The notes under the pieces were generated by a model. The model was not told the origin of the DNA, did no database searches, and was given only the letters and a program-made list of their open reading frames with translations. The position numbers were made by a program, and so were the translations under genes. From Octopus vulgaris (lineage: Eukaryota), in the NCBI GenBank assembly GCA_951406725.2, contig OX597824.1, positions 64,542,001 to 64,606,000 on the forward strand: a stretch of DNA of 64,000 nucleotides, given 5' to 3'. Positions 25,601-37,710 of this stretch are shown here, piece after piece; positions within the stretch are counted from its first letter, which is position 1; each line of letters starts with the position of its first letter.

Positions 25601-28600
25601 TGGAACAGCCTGCTCGTGAAATTAACATGCAAGGGACTGAGCACTCCACAGACATGCATACTCTTGATGTAGTTCCCAGAGGGATTCAGTGTGACACAGA
25701 ACATGAGAAGGCTGGCCTTTGAAATACAGGAACCACTCATTTTTGCCAGCTGAGTATACTGGAGCATCATGAAATGAAGTTTATTGCTTAAGGACACAAT
25801 GACACAATGCACTGCCAGTAATCAAACTCATGACTTTACGATCATTGGCTGAATATCCCAATCACTTAGTCACACACGTTCACCGATGTGAAAGAATGGG
25901 TGGCAATTCAACCTGTATACCTTTGAGAAAAGCTCCAAACTGATGACACAGATGAGCTTTTGTCAGGGAACTAAGTAGGAGTTATTCATTAATCTGATGA
26001 TGCAAGAAGGGAGAATTCATTGTTTCAACGAAGAGTACGTAGTAGCCATTAGAGCATCATTGGTGATACACAATAGTAGGAAGGAAGGCTGTGTGCTAAA
26101 CTGAAAATGACCTCGCTAATGATAATGTTTCCATATTTACATATGTGTGGAGGCTCAATGGCCCAGTGGTTAGGGAAGCGGACTTGCAGTTGGAGGATCA
26201 CGGTTTCGATTCCCAGACCGGGCGTTGTGTGTGTTTATTGAGCGAAAACACCTAAAAGCTCCATGAGGCTCCAGTCGGGGTGGGGTGGCACCCCTGTTGT
26301 ACTCTTTCGCTCCAACTTTCTCTCACTCTTTCTTCCTGTTTCTTGAGTAACACTGCGATGGACTGGCATCTCATCCAGCTGGGGGGAACACATATGCCAC
26401 AGAAACTGGGAAACCAGGTCCATGAGCCTGGCTAGGCTTGAAAAGAGCGCATAAATAAATAAATTTACATATGCACTATGAATTGAAATGAAAAATATAC
26501 ATATTATTATGTTTGTGATAATTTAAAGTTTTCACTGAGTAATATAGAAATATTGTTTCAGTTAATTGTATGATAATTGTTCAGAATTGTGACAGGCAAA
26601 TCAAGTACAAAAACATCACATATAGAACTGAGTGACAGGGTTCTGTGTAGTGTCTGAGGTGGTTCTCACATGGAGTTTTATATCTCACTTTCTAGAACCT
26701 AACAATTTAATGCCACCACTGCTGCCAGATGATTTTCATCTACTGCTGATATGTCTCGGTGTTTTTTAATATTATACATCTATAACAGTTGTTTTCTCCA
26801 GACTAATACTACAGTTTATGAGGCTTTCAATGATGTATCTACTTTAAATATGATTCAACGGTTACTATTTTGAACCAATATTGCTTCTGCCACTAATAAC
26901 AAATAATGTAAAAATGTAAGAAAGAGCTATACTACCTTTGAAAGGGTAGATTTTTCCCAGGTTTTCTTCAGCACTTTAAACCTCTCAAGACAATTTTTAT
27001 TGGAATTGCTAATTTCATTTATATTACTAGTGTAAAGTACAATCTTGAAGCTTTTCAAAGGAAGACCAATTTTCATCCAGTTACAAGCTGACTCAACCAT
27101 TGTGTTAAGAACTGGAATATAACCAAAGCCCTACAAAATTAAGAAAAAGAAAAAAAGAGAAATAGAAATATTTTTGTTTTGTTTCCAGCAATTAAGCACC
27201 ATCTTTAGGTGAAGGTATAGCTATGCGGTGAAGAAGTTTGCTCCCAATCAAAGTTCTTTTATGACACATTCTGTGACCTCGTGTGCGTGCGTGTGTGTGT
27301 TTGTGTGTCTCTCTCTCTCTCTCTTCTGTTTTTGATTGTTTAAATTCTTCCTCTGAAGAAGGAGCTGGTTTCTAACAAAGATAGAAAGCTCCATCTTTGG
27401 AATGTAGATAACAAAAACAATGTCACATTTTAAACTTTAGAAAAGTCTTGCATAGTTTTAGTGTTCAGCTTACAGATTGTATTTGTAATGTGTGAATCAG
27501 TTGGTTGATTTCTGTTTCTGAAAACTCAAGATTATCTAGACTACTTACAAAACCAAGTGCTCCAGCTATTATTCATATAAATGTAAATTTGTAATCCGGA
27601 TATAAAATCTGGAGGTTTTGATGCAGTTGTTCATAATTATCTTCTTTTTCTCTGCTTTTCAAAGATATTAACATCAGCTGGACAGCTAACCTCTGTGACA
27701 GCACATACTTTTTCTTGTCTGTCCGAAACAACAATATCCAGCCTGTTATGTTTACATTTGACAGATGTTTTGATGGGAATATTCCACCAGTATTTCTTGT
27801 GTTGATGTTTATGTACATATTCAAATACAGGGAAATACTCTTTATTTATTCCAGGACTGTCTTTTTCCCAAATGGCATTATATATTGGTTTCTGCAACGG
27901 CATGTCACATAGGGAGGTAGTACCTTGATGACAATTTTGGGAGCTGCTAATCACATGTGTGATGTCGTCCACAGAAATATTACATAATCTACATTTACAG
28001 TTGCATCTTGGAACTCCAAGAGCTTCACTGTATCTTTTGTTGATTAGGTGTTTAGCAGTAATCTCCTGTTCTTGGATTGCAAATGCATAGCCTTCAAAGT
28101 ATGGTGTGATGTAGCAGTTGCGAGTCCAAGAGAGGCTTCATGTCAATGTCTCTATCTTATTGAAGTCTTCAAGTAACATACCTATGCATGTTTTTTTTTT
28201 TGTTTTTTTTTTGTATACTTGAGCACTTCCCCTCCAGTCTTCTTTGAAGTAAGCTAAGTAAGCTAGTCTGGCTGATTTGGGGTTGTATGGGAGCTCATCG
28301 GGGGAAGAGTACTTCCTGAAGAGTTCATTTCCAACGCGTAGGATGTTCCCTTCACTTTCCAGCACTAAATTAATGTATTTATTTTGTTGCTGTTGTTTAA
28401 CAAGTGCTGTCTGAGAGAGACTGTGTAACATTCAAAGACTATCTGCACAGAGCACAAGCCCCCTACTTCCTTTATCTCTTCTTAGGCAGAGCCTGTCAAC
28501 ATCACTATTTTTGTAGAGATTTCCAGTTGATGTTAGAATCTTGTGGGTGTTAATGTCTATGAAGTGGATTTCTTCTACAGACCAGTCAAGTATCCCAAAA

Positions 28601-29774
28601 GTTGGAATCAGCACTGGTACTGCAAATGCATTGTGGGATATTGTCTTGTTGTAAAAGGAGAGCTCAGACTGCCATATTTTTCTTAGTCTGGTGTAATATT
28701 CTTGGGTCACTATCTTTATTCACAGTACCTTGGTATGATATATTTTCATCAATGCCTAGGTACCTGTAGCAGTCTTTGTGTGAGACAAGAAAGATAGTAA
28801 GATTATTTTGTGTCTGGGAGATTATCTTTCCCTGTTCAACAATCAAATAATATTTCTTCTGGCCAAATTCCACTCCTATGTCAATTGAAAATGTTATTAA
28901 TTCCAGTTGATTTTTTGGCATTGTTAACATTTTAGCATAAATCCACAAAGAAATCATGGGTTACATTAATATCTCTTGATGTTGCAGACCCTAGCATGTA
29001 GTCATTTGTTTTTTATATCAGGAATGATAATGGGATGGATGGATGTATGTATGCATGCATGCATGTTTATGTGTTTATGTCACCTTGTCTTGACATGACT
29101 AATAAATAATTGCCACTGTCATACAAGCAGTGTCATTCATTTCCGATATTCTGTAAGAATATACGTATGTTCAAGGCAAAACATGACTTTGCTTGGAAAC
29201 AGGTAAAGGTTGGTGACAGGAAGAACATCCAGCTGTAAAATATTTGCCTAAATAAACTCCATCCAACCCATGCAAGCATGGGAAAGTGGACACTAAAATG
29301 ATGATGAAGCTAACAATATATGTGGCTGTGTGGAGATGCAGGCAAAGCTGTGTGGTAGGAAGCTTGCTTCCCAACCACAGTTAGTCTAACTGTGTGGTAC
29401 CTTGGGCAAGTGTCTTCTACTATAGCCTAGGGCTGACCAAAGCCTTGTGAGTGGATTTGGTAGACAGAAACTGAAAGAAGCCTGCTGTATGTGTGTGTGT
29501 CTTTGTGTCTGTGTTTGTTCCCCAACCATCACTTGACAACCAATGCTGGTGTATTTATGTCCCAGTAACTTAGTGGTTCAGCAAAAAAGGCCGATAGAAT
29601 AAGTACTAGGCTTACAAAAAATAAGTCCTGGGTTCGATTTTTTTCAACTAAAATCCTTTAAGGCAGCACTGCAGCATGGCCACAGTCAAATGGCTGAAGT
29701 AAGTAAAAGAATAAAAGAAAAGAATATGTAAGTGTGTGTGTGTGTTTGTGTGTGTGTATGTGTGTGTGTGTGTG

Positions 29775-29805
<31 letters not shown>

Positions 29806-30733
29806 TCTTATTTTGACATCATGTGATGACTGTAAATGTGTAGCACCATCATACAAGCAATATTATTTGTTTCCAATCTTCCATGAAAACAGGTCTTCCT
29901 TTTTATCTACCACCAACAATGAGAGTCATTAAAGCAGAACAGAGCTACTTGAAACATCTCTCATTTGTGAGCTGCATGGTTACTTTGTTAGTGCTGATAC
30001 CATGAATAAAACACCCAGTACACTCAGTAGACTGGTTACTGTTAGCAAGGACATCTAGCTATAGAAACCATTCCAAAATAGACACTTTTAGCATGGTGCT
30101 GTCTTTAGACGTATTGGATATTTTTGAACTGTCCAACTCATGTTAGCATGTTGATGATGATGATGATAGTTAATTAATCCAAGTATTCCATAGAGAATTA
30201 TGTAAGAATACAAAAACTGAATAAAAAGATACTCACTTGGTTTCCAGTACCAAGTAAAGGAGTTATTACTGTTGTGTCTTGAGAATTGAATATTGGCATA
30301 AAACCTCGAAACATATCTCCGATTTGATCATAAATACTACTGCCTAGGTTTCTGTAACATAAAACATGAAATTAATGAAGTTCAATAAAAATAGAAATAT
30401 TTAAAACAATGCCAACTATGAAGGAACTCTGAAAGGATGAAAGGTAAAGTTGACCAAGTGGCATTTGAACTCAGAATGTAGACAAAATGCGTAGCAGTGT
30501 TTTGTCCAGCATGCTAATGATTGTGCCAGCTTGCCACCTTAATAATAATAATAATAATGATGATGATTTCAAATTTTGGCACAAGGCCAGCAATTTCATG
30601 GGAGTGGGTAAGTTGATTACATTGACTTTAATACTCAACTGTTGCTTATTTTATTGAGCCCCCAAAAGGATGAGAGGCAAAGTCAACCTCAGCAGAATCT
30701 GAACTCAGAACATAGAGATGGACTAAATGCCAC

Positions 30734-30800
<67 letters not shown>

Positions 30801-32772
30801 AAGAAGAAGAAGAAGAAGAAGAAGAAGAAGAAGAAGAAGAAGAAGAAGAAGGAGGAGGAGGAGGAGGAGGAGGAGGAGGAGGAGGAGGGTTTAAAATTTT
30901 GGTATATGTTTGCACCCACCCTAGTATTCAGAATATTTGCTGTAGCCCATCTTTTATACCAAAACAAAATAATGTACATAACACTTCCAATCAGTTAAGA
31001 TCAGAAGCCATGAGGGCCAGCGCCTATCAGAAGCCATATTGTTATTATCATCATCATCATCATCATTATTATTATTATTATTGAGAAAAATCCTTGAGGC
31101 AGTGTGGTGAGAAGTTTGTCTCCCAGCCACATGGTTCCAGGTTCATTCCCACTATCTGGGACCTTGGGCAAGTGTTCCGTTACTGATTGAACTTAGCAAT
31201 TTGGTAAAAGAGACTAATAGAATAAGTATCAGGCTTTAGAAAAACATAAGTACTGAGGGAAATTCATTCGACTAAATTCAGCATTGCTGCAGTCCAATGA
31301 TTGAAACAAGTAAAAGATAAAAGATATATTATTATCATTTTTTTCTAAGTCCAGCAATTTTGAGGGGGTGGGGAGTAGAGGATACCATCAATCCAAGTAT
31401 CGTACTTGTTTTTTTATCAACTATGATGAGTGGGAGTGAAGGGCAAAGCTGACCAGGGCAGGATAGAAGAAAAGGATAAAAACTTAATACAAAAAGTAAT
31501 ATTACCTTTCAAAACATGCAAGTCTTGAAAAAGGAATATCTTCTGGTAATGGTTTGGATAACCAACAAGAAAAATATTTCCTTAAATCTAATTCTTTATC
31601 CGCAGCAAGCCTAGAAACATCAACATTTAGATTTTTGTTCAGTGCTTGGATTACAGTTTTACTCGTAGTGTTGTAATTATCTGAAATAAAAGAACATTTG
31701 GGTATAAATTATGAAAGTTGTACAGTTTAAGAGTATATAAAAAGGGGAAACTGAAGAGCAGAATGACAAACAAGTATAGGCTTAGCTGTGTGGTTAAGAA
31801 GTTTGCTTCTCAACCATATGGTTTTAGGTTCAATGCCACAACATGGCACCTCAGACAAGTGTCTTCTGCTGTAGCTATGGGGTGACCACAGCTTGAAGAT
31901 ACAGGCATGGCTGTATGGTTAAGGAAGTTTGCTATGTGACCATGTGGTTTTGGATTCAGTTCCACAGTGTGAAATTTTCTGCAAGTGTCTTCTACTATAA
32001 GCCCTGCACTGACCAAAGCCTGTAGGCCTATGGCTAAGGAAGTTTGCTTCCCAACCATGTGGTTTTGGGTTCAGTCCCACAGCATGGCACACAATGATTG
32101 ATCAATCATACAACACATAACAACTGATCAGTGACAAAAAGTAAAACAACATCTAATGATTGATAAATGATACAAAATCAATGGTTGGTCAATGATTGAT
32201 CAGTGACACAATACTCCATGAATGATCAATGATATAACACATAGTTACAGAGCAATGATACAACATACAATAGACTGATTAGAGATATACTATATAATGT
32301 CTAATGAATGATACAACACAGACTGTGACTGATCCAAAATTCAACATAAAATCACTGATCAATGACACAGACATGATGACTGATCAATGATAAAACATTT
32401 AATGATTGATCAATCATATAACAATGTAACAACACACATTGATTTATCAGTGAGACAATACACAATGATAGATCAATATTTGATTAATGATACAACATTC
32501 ACAATGAAAAAAACAGCAATACAACACACTGACTCCTGTAGCAAGGTTTTTAATGTTTTTTAACCATCTCGTTGCTTAATTTTCAGCCAATTTTAATGTG
32601 AATATTTAATGTTTAGATACTTACTAGGGAAAGCTGACACGATGAGCAAATCAACTTTGTCATTCATCTCAAGACTTGTGATGTCTCCCAGAAGAAGCTC
32701 AATTGTACAAGTACCTTGGATGGTTGAAAGGGACAAAGTTTCAATTGTCTTTAAAACCATTGTTGCAGTTTC
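11503..32772 (-). CDS. Spliced gene: macrodomain-like + 3x TIR + acidic linker + CaaX protein (~988-993 aa; 12 coding exons listed below)
   Basis: Exons 32625-32772, 31506-31680, 30237-30351, 26936-27130, 25235-25422, 23955-24128, 22872-23116, 20351-20493, 17006-17203, 13474-14087, 12944-13022 and 11503-12207. All introns are GT..AG and the phases chain (1,2,0,0,2,2,1,0,0,2,0) into one open frame of 2979 nt ending in TAA at 11503. There is an in-frame ATG at 32760. Confidence 0.88.
12944..13022 (-). CDS. Short penultimate exon
   Basis: tttcag|(K)[26 protein letters not shown]|gtaagt; phase 2 to phase 0. Confidence 0.75.
13474..14087 (-). CDS. Exon: divergent TIR domain 3
   Basis: Lies within ORF 13470..14171: [10 protein letters not shown]...[29 protein letters not shown]...[10 protein letters not shown]; tcacag acceptor and AA|gtaaga donor. 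Confidence 0.85.
14575..15532 (+). mobile_element. Tc1-like transposon remnant
   Basis: [34 protein letters not shown] and WPPQSPDL motifs, with stops; the terminus ccattattttgtccaacccctg-ta also occurs at ~48860-48882. Confidence 0.88.
16382..16722 (-). mobile_element. Short Helitron-like element between (TA)n microsatellites
   Basis: CTAG|T at 16382 and a TCTATATATATAAA 5' end at ~16722. Confidence 0.5.
17006..17203 (-). CDS. Exon: end of TIR domain 2
   Basis: tttcag|[66 protein letters not shown]|gtaagt. Confidence 0.88.
19309..19630 (+). mobile_element. tRNA-derived SINE family C (second copy at 26148-26462)
   Basis: GGAGGCACAATGGCCCAGTGGCTAGGGCAG...GGTTTCAATTCCC tRNA-like head; two homologous copies. 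Confidence 0.8.
20351..20493 (-). CDS. Exon: TIR domain 2 core
   Basis: tttcag|[48 protein letters not shown]|gtgaga. Confidence 0.9.
22072..22400 (+). mobile_element. tRNA-derived SINE family D (also ~25545-25885(-) and 49325-49595(+))
   Basis: TGGTTTAGTGGTTAGGG head and a TGTG(T/C)CTTGAGCAA.ACACTT CORE-like segment; three copies. Confidence 0.7.
22872..23116 (-). CDS. Exon: linker + start of TIR domain 2
   Basis: ctttag|[82 protein letters not shown]|gtatga; YDIFVSY is TIR box 1. Confidence 0.9.
23955..24128 (-). CDS. Exon: TIR domain 1, C-terminal half
   Basis: caacag|[58 protein letters not shown]|gtaagt; YLSSxxCxxE is the TIR alphaC motif. Confidence 0.9.
25235..25422 (-). CDS. Exon: TIR domain 1, N-terminal half
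   Basis: ttacag|[62 protein letters not shown]|gtaatt; DVYISY is TIR box 1. Confidence 0.9.
26936..27130 (-). CDS. Exon: end of macrodomain-like region
   Basis: ttgtag|[65 protein letters not shown]|gtagt; 65 codons, phase 0-0. Confidence 0.88.
27410..28990 (-). mobile_element. Degenerate R4/Dong-like non-LTR retrotransposon (RT C-terminus + restriction-like endonuclease)
   Basis: [35 protein letters not shown], a [13 protein letters not shown] zinc knuckle and [14 protein letters not shown]; many frameshifts. Confidence 0.8.
30237..30351 (-). CDS. Exon: macrodomain-like region (phosphate-binding loop)
   Basis: ttacag|[39 protein letters not shown]|gtgagt; PLLGTGNQG matches the macrodomain PxIGTGxxG motif. 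Confidence 0.9.
30734..30888. repeat. Compound microsatellite (AAT)n(AAG)n(GAG)n
   Basis: Read directly from the sequence. Confidence 0.95.
31506..31680 (-). CDS. Exon: macrodomain-like region
   Basis: tttcag|[58 protein letters not shown]|gtaat; phase 1 to phase 2. Confidence 0.9.
32090..32530. repeat. Degenerate short-period tandem repeat (caatgattgatcaatgatacaaca-like)
   Basis: Recurrent tgatcaatgat/acaacac motifs. Confidence 0.6.
32625..32772 (-). CDS. Exon: start of macrodomain-like region
   Basis: ttattcag|[49 protein letters not shown]|gtaagt; carries the macrodomain GDIT motif. Confidence 0.9.
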
Positions 32773-33489
32773 CTGAATAACGGCAAAAAAAAAAAAGAGA
32801 GAGAGATTTTAATTAATAGGGCAGTGACACAACATGTTTAGGATTTGGAGATAAATCTCTCAACATCAGCAATAGAAACAGTACCCGCTACCACCACCAT
32901 TGCTGCTGCCATCACTGCTGCCACCACCGCCACCATCACCATCATCAACATCATCATCATCATCACCACCACTGCCACCACCACCACTGCCACCTCCACC
33001 ACTACCACCTCCACCACTACCATCACCATCATCATCATCATCATTATTATTACAGTTATCATCACCACCACCTCCACCATTATCCCCACTACCATCATTA
33101 CCATCATTGCCATTGTTGTTGTTGCAATTACCATCATCACTACTGCCACTGTCACTGCCATCATCATCTTCATTGTAAACATTATCATCACCACCATCAT
33201 CATCATTAACATCGTTTTAACATCCACTTCTCCATACTTGTATGAGTCAGATGGAATTCATTGAGGCAGATTTCCTATGGTTAGATGCCTTTCCTGTTGT
33301 CAACCCTCACTTGTCACCAAGCAAGGTAATATTCCCCACCCCTGCCACCATGGCCAGACATGTTTTCACAAAAGATTAGAAACAAATGACTTGTATGACA
33401 GTGACACTTATTTACAACTATCATGTAATGTCAAGACAAGGATACACACACATACAAATCTTCACACATACACATGCAGAAACACACAC

Positions 33490-33549
<60 letters not shown>

Positions 33550-33906
33550 AGAAAACAATATATACATATATATATATATATATGCTGGTGGTCAGTACCC
33601 TCCTGCTCTTGGTCACCCGTCTCAAACGGTTGCACAGACTGCAGGTTACCAACCAGCAATGGGCACAGATGTTATACAGGCTTCTTCCAATTCTTACCAA
33701 TCTTATAATCCAGCATCGAGTCAGCCGTCAAGTTTATCACAGATTTCTTCTGCAGGACCAATTTATACATCAATCCCTAATCCAGAATATTCCTCATTAA
33801 GCATGCAGAGTATGTATGAAATATTGTTTTAGTATTTGTGTCCCCTTGGCTTGTTTTTATATTACTTTGCATGTCAATTTTAAAACTGTGGTTGACTTAT
33901 ATATAA

Positions 33907-33953
<47 letters not shown>

Positions 33954-34413
33954 AATCAAGGAACGGCCATAATAGGCCATTCACCCACTAGAAATAACAG
34001 CCAAAGCTTCAACCGCAAAATAACATTAATTCCGCAAACCAGGAGAAAATTAAAAAAACATTTACCCTGTAATTTCTTATACGATGCACCGTTTCATCTA
34101 CTGTTTAATGGTAAACTAACCTGATTAAATTAAATCAAGCCAATCTTCCATAGGCCCTTAGATTCGTCAGTAAGAAATAGCCAGATCGGAACAGATATTT
34201 TCACGAGGCACTTCTGTCCCTGCCTCGGCAATATCTGACCTAAAATTTTCAAATCATCGCACTCGCGCCAAATTTATCGGCAGCAAATAAATATAAGCCG
34301 CCGATTCCATTACGGAATTAACCAGAAAATTCATAATTAATCAATATAGGGTGGCAAAAAATTTTGTAGAATTTTTTTGCCACCAGCGGCCTAGTAGGAA
34401 AAAATTAAATAGT

Positions 34414-34448
<35 letters not shown>

Positions 34449-35484
34449 TGTGTGTGTGTGTATGTATGTGTGTGTGTATGTGTGTGTGTATGTATGTGTG
34501 TGTATGTATGTATATGTGTGTGTGTATGTATGTATGTATGTGTGTATGTATGTGTGTGTATGTAATGTATGTATGTATGTGTATATGTGTGTGTATATAT
34601 ATGTGTGTGTGTATGTATATATGTATGTATGTGTGTATATATATATATATATAGATAGTGTGTGTATATATATATATATATATTACCGCATCGACTGGCC
34701 TCCGTGCTGAGGGCACGTAACAAACACCATCCGAGCGTGGCCGTTCGCCAGCCTCGTCTGGCACCTGTGTCGGTGGCACATAAAAAACACCATCTGAGCG
34801 TGGCCGTCTGCCAGCCTCGTCTGGCACCTGTGTTGGTGGCACATAAAATCACCCACTACACTCTCGGAGTGGTTGGCGTTAGGAAGGGCATCCAGCTGTA
34901 GAAACACTGCCAGATCTGACTGGCCTGGTGCAGCCTTCGGGCTTGCCAGACCCCAGTTGAACCGTCCAACCCATGCTAGCATGGAAAGTGGACGTTAAAC
35001 GATGATGATGATGATGATGATATATATATATATATAAAAGAAAACACCACCAGAAAGTGTTGTGGTTCATGCCACCCTTCTCTATAAATGTGAAGACCAG
35101 CGTACTCTTTCACTTGTTTCAGTCATTTGACTGTGGCCATGCTGGAGCACCATATTTAGTCGAGCAAATCGACCCCAGGACTTATTCTTTGTAAGCCTAG
35201 TACTTATTCTATCAGTCTCTTTTGCCGAACCGCTAAGTTACAAGGACTAAACACACCAGCATCGGTTGTCAAGTGATGTTGGGGGGACAAACAGACACAC
35301 AAACACACACACATATATACGACAGGCTTATTTCAGTTTCCGTCTCCCAAATCCACTCACAAGGCTTTGGTCAGTCCAAGGCTATAGTAGAAGACACTTG
35401 CCCAAGGTGCCACACAGTGTGACTGAACCCAGAACCATGTGGTTGGTAAGCAAGCTACTTACCACACAGCCACTCCTGCACCTG

Positions 35485-37710
35485 TAGGTAAGAGCTTCCT
35501 TAGATTAGTTGATAAACACTTCCCTCATACAAATAGATTCAACAAAATATTTATAGACATGCCCTGAGAATATCCCTTAGCTATGCACCTAGTGCAAAGA
35601 AGATTTTAGTAGGTAGGCCCACACTTGAGACAGAGGCAGGACGCTCATGCAGAGGTAACACAACATGTCTGCTGAATAGCCACTGTAATTTGGAGACAGT
35701 TGTATACGAAGCAGAGATAACAGCCATAGCACCCAATAGGAAACCAGGCATGCAGAAGTATGTGGGTGCAACAGAAGGTCCTTTCATACATTTTTAAGAA
35801 CCAAGGACTCAATATCAATTGAAAAGATAACATTTCTGTAAACTTCCTTGATGACAACTTCAACCTTAATACTTCTATTTACCAACCCTATCATAAACCT
35901 AACACCAACATTAAATATATAAACACAAACAGTAACCATCTATGAAATATTATAGAAAACCTTAGTATTAACATAGAGGGGAGAATAAATTTTCTATCAT
36001 GTAACGAAGAAGTATTTAATAAACACAAAGACTATTACAACATAGCACTAAAGAAGGCAGGATATAAATATGAAATTAAGTACAATAAGATCTACAACAC
36101 TACTAAAAGTCATATTAAATATAATTAGATAAATATAATGTTAAGACTAGTGACTTAAATACCTATAAAGAAAGAGTATACCCTCATAACCAAATAATAA
36201 AAACTCCCTACACTAATCATAAATATAACAATTATGTTAAACAGGCCAATTATAATATAAAAATTAATCTTAAGCATGATGAACATTATAGCATAAATAA
36301 AATTCACAGTAAGAACAAAAATCATAAAAATTAATGATAGTATAAACTGCAACTGTATAATTAAAGATAAGAATAGGAATATAAAGGAAACAAAAATAAA
36401 AACATCAATAGCCAGAGTAAGACAACTAAGAATAATGATAAGAATAACACTAATAATAAAATTAATAATGATAATAAAAACACAGTCAAAAAGAAACCAA
36501 TACCATGTATGAGAAAAAATGACTTTCTGAATACAAATCAATGCTCAACCAAGGTAGACCCTGATAAAACCATATGGATAATATTTCCCTTCACTAAACA
36601 TTTAAAGACGAATTTTATAAGATCTATTAGAAAGATTATTGGTAAAAACTTTAAAAACACTAGAAACATATCAGATTCGAATTTTCAGTTTCTCCCAACC
36701 TTTTCAAGATGATATTATTCTTTTTACTCTTTTTATTTGTTTCAGTCATTTGACTGTGGCCATGCTGGAGCACTGCTTTTAGTTGAGCAAATCGACCCCA
36801 GGACTTATTCTTTGTAAGCCTAGTACTTATTCTATCAGTCTCTTTTGCCGAACTGCTAAGTTATGGGGACGTAAGCACACCAGCATCAGCTGTCAAGCGA
36901 TGTTGGGGGGACAAACACAGACACACAAACATATACACACACATACATACATATATACAACTGGCTTCTTTTCAGTTTCCATCTGCCAAATCCACTCAAG
37001 GCTATGGTCGGCCCGAGGCTATAGTAGAAGACACTTGCCCAAGGTACCACTCAGTTGGGCTGAACCCAGAACCATGTGGTTGGTAAGCAAGCTACTTACC
37101 ACACAGCCACTCCTGCGCCTATATCTTCATTTAATAATAAGAAACTAGATCAATTCCATGAAAATAAAAAAAACACAAGCTGAACCTAGAACATACAAAA
37201 ATTATTTTAAAAAAACAGAACATAATAAGTACAATTAGCAATATAAATACTCTTAATAACTACAACCCATATAATTCAACAAAGTCTAGAAATAACACCA
37301 CATTACCTACACATAAAAATTGTAATTGTAGAGACTCAAATGCTTGTAAGTTAGACAGAGATTGTAAAAGAAAAAATGTAGTATACCAAGCAACAATTAT
37401 AACAAATGATTCCTCAAAATATCATTATATTGGATGTACACAAAACTGGATCAAATCAAGAATTTCAAACCACGAATCGACCATAAGGGACCAAAGCAAA
37501 ATAAACAGTACTGGACTCTCAAAAAAAATTTAGCACCTCAAAAAACACAATATTGATTTCATAATCCAATTTGCACCTTCTTACAAAATCAACAATAAAT
37601 TCTGTAGATTATGCCTTGAAGAAAACTATAAAATAATGAATATGAGAGGGAACCTAGTAAATACGAGAGATGCAAAAGTTTTTCATGTAAACACATGGCA
37701 AAATTTTCAC
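35485..37710 (+). mobile_element. Degenerate Penelope-like element (RT C-terminus + GIY-YIG), interrupted by a SINE
   Basis: PYHKPNTNIKYINTNSNH (~35885-35940); NVVYQATI..YHYIGCT..KSRISNH (~37375-37475); CRLCLEE (~37602). Confidence 0.7.

Noticed and set aside
30642-30998. Poly-N/K/E ORF
   Set aside because: Compound microsatellite with no splice or coding context.
32838-33264. T/I- or M/V-rich ORFs that look like membrane proteins
   Set aside because: Degenerate (CAT/CAC)n trinucleotide repeat at a repeat tail.
36155-36541. Hydrophobic 128-aa ORF resembling a mitochondrial membrane protein (NUMT)
   Set aside because: It is the antisense of the A-rich, N/K/I-rich linker inside the degenerate Penelope-like element, with no recognisable mitochondrial motifs.
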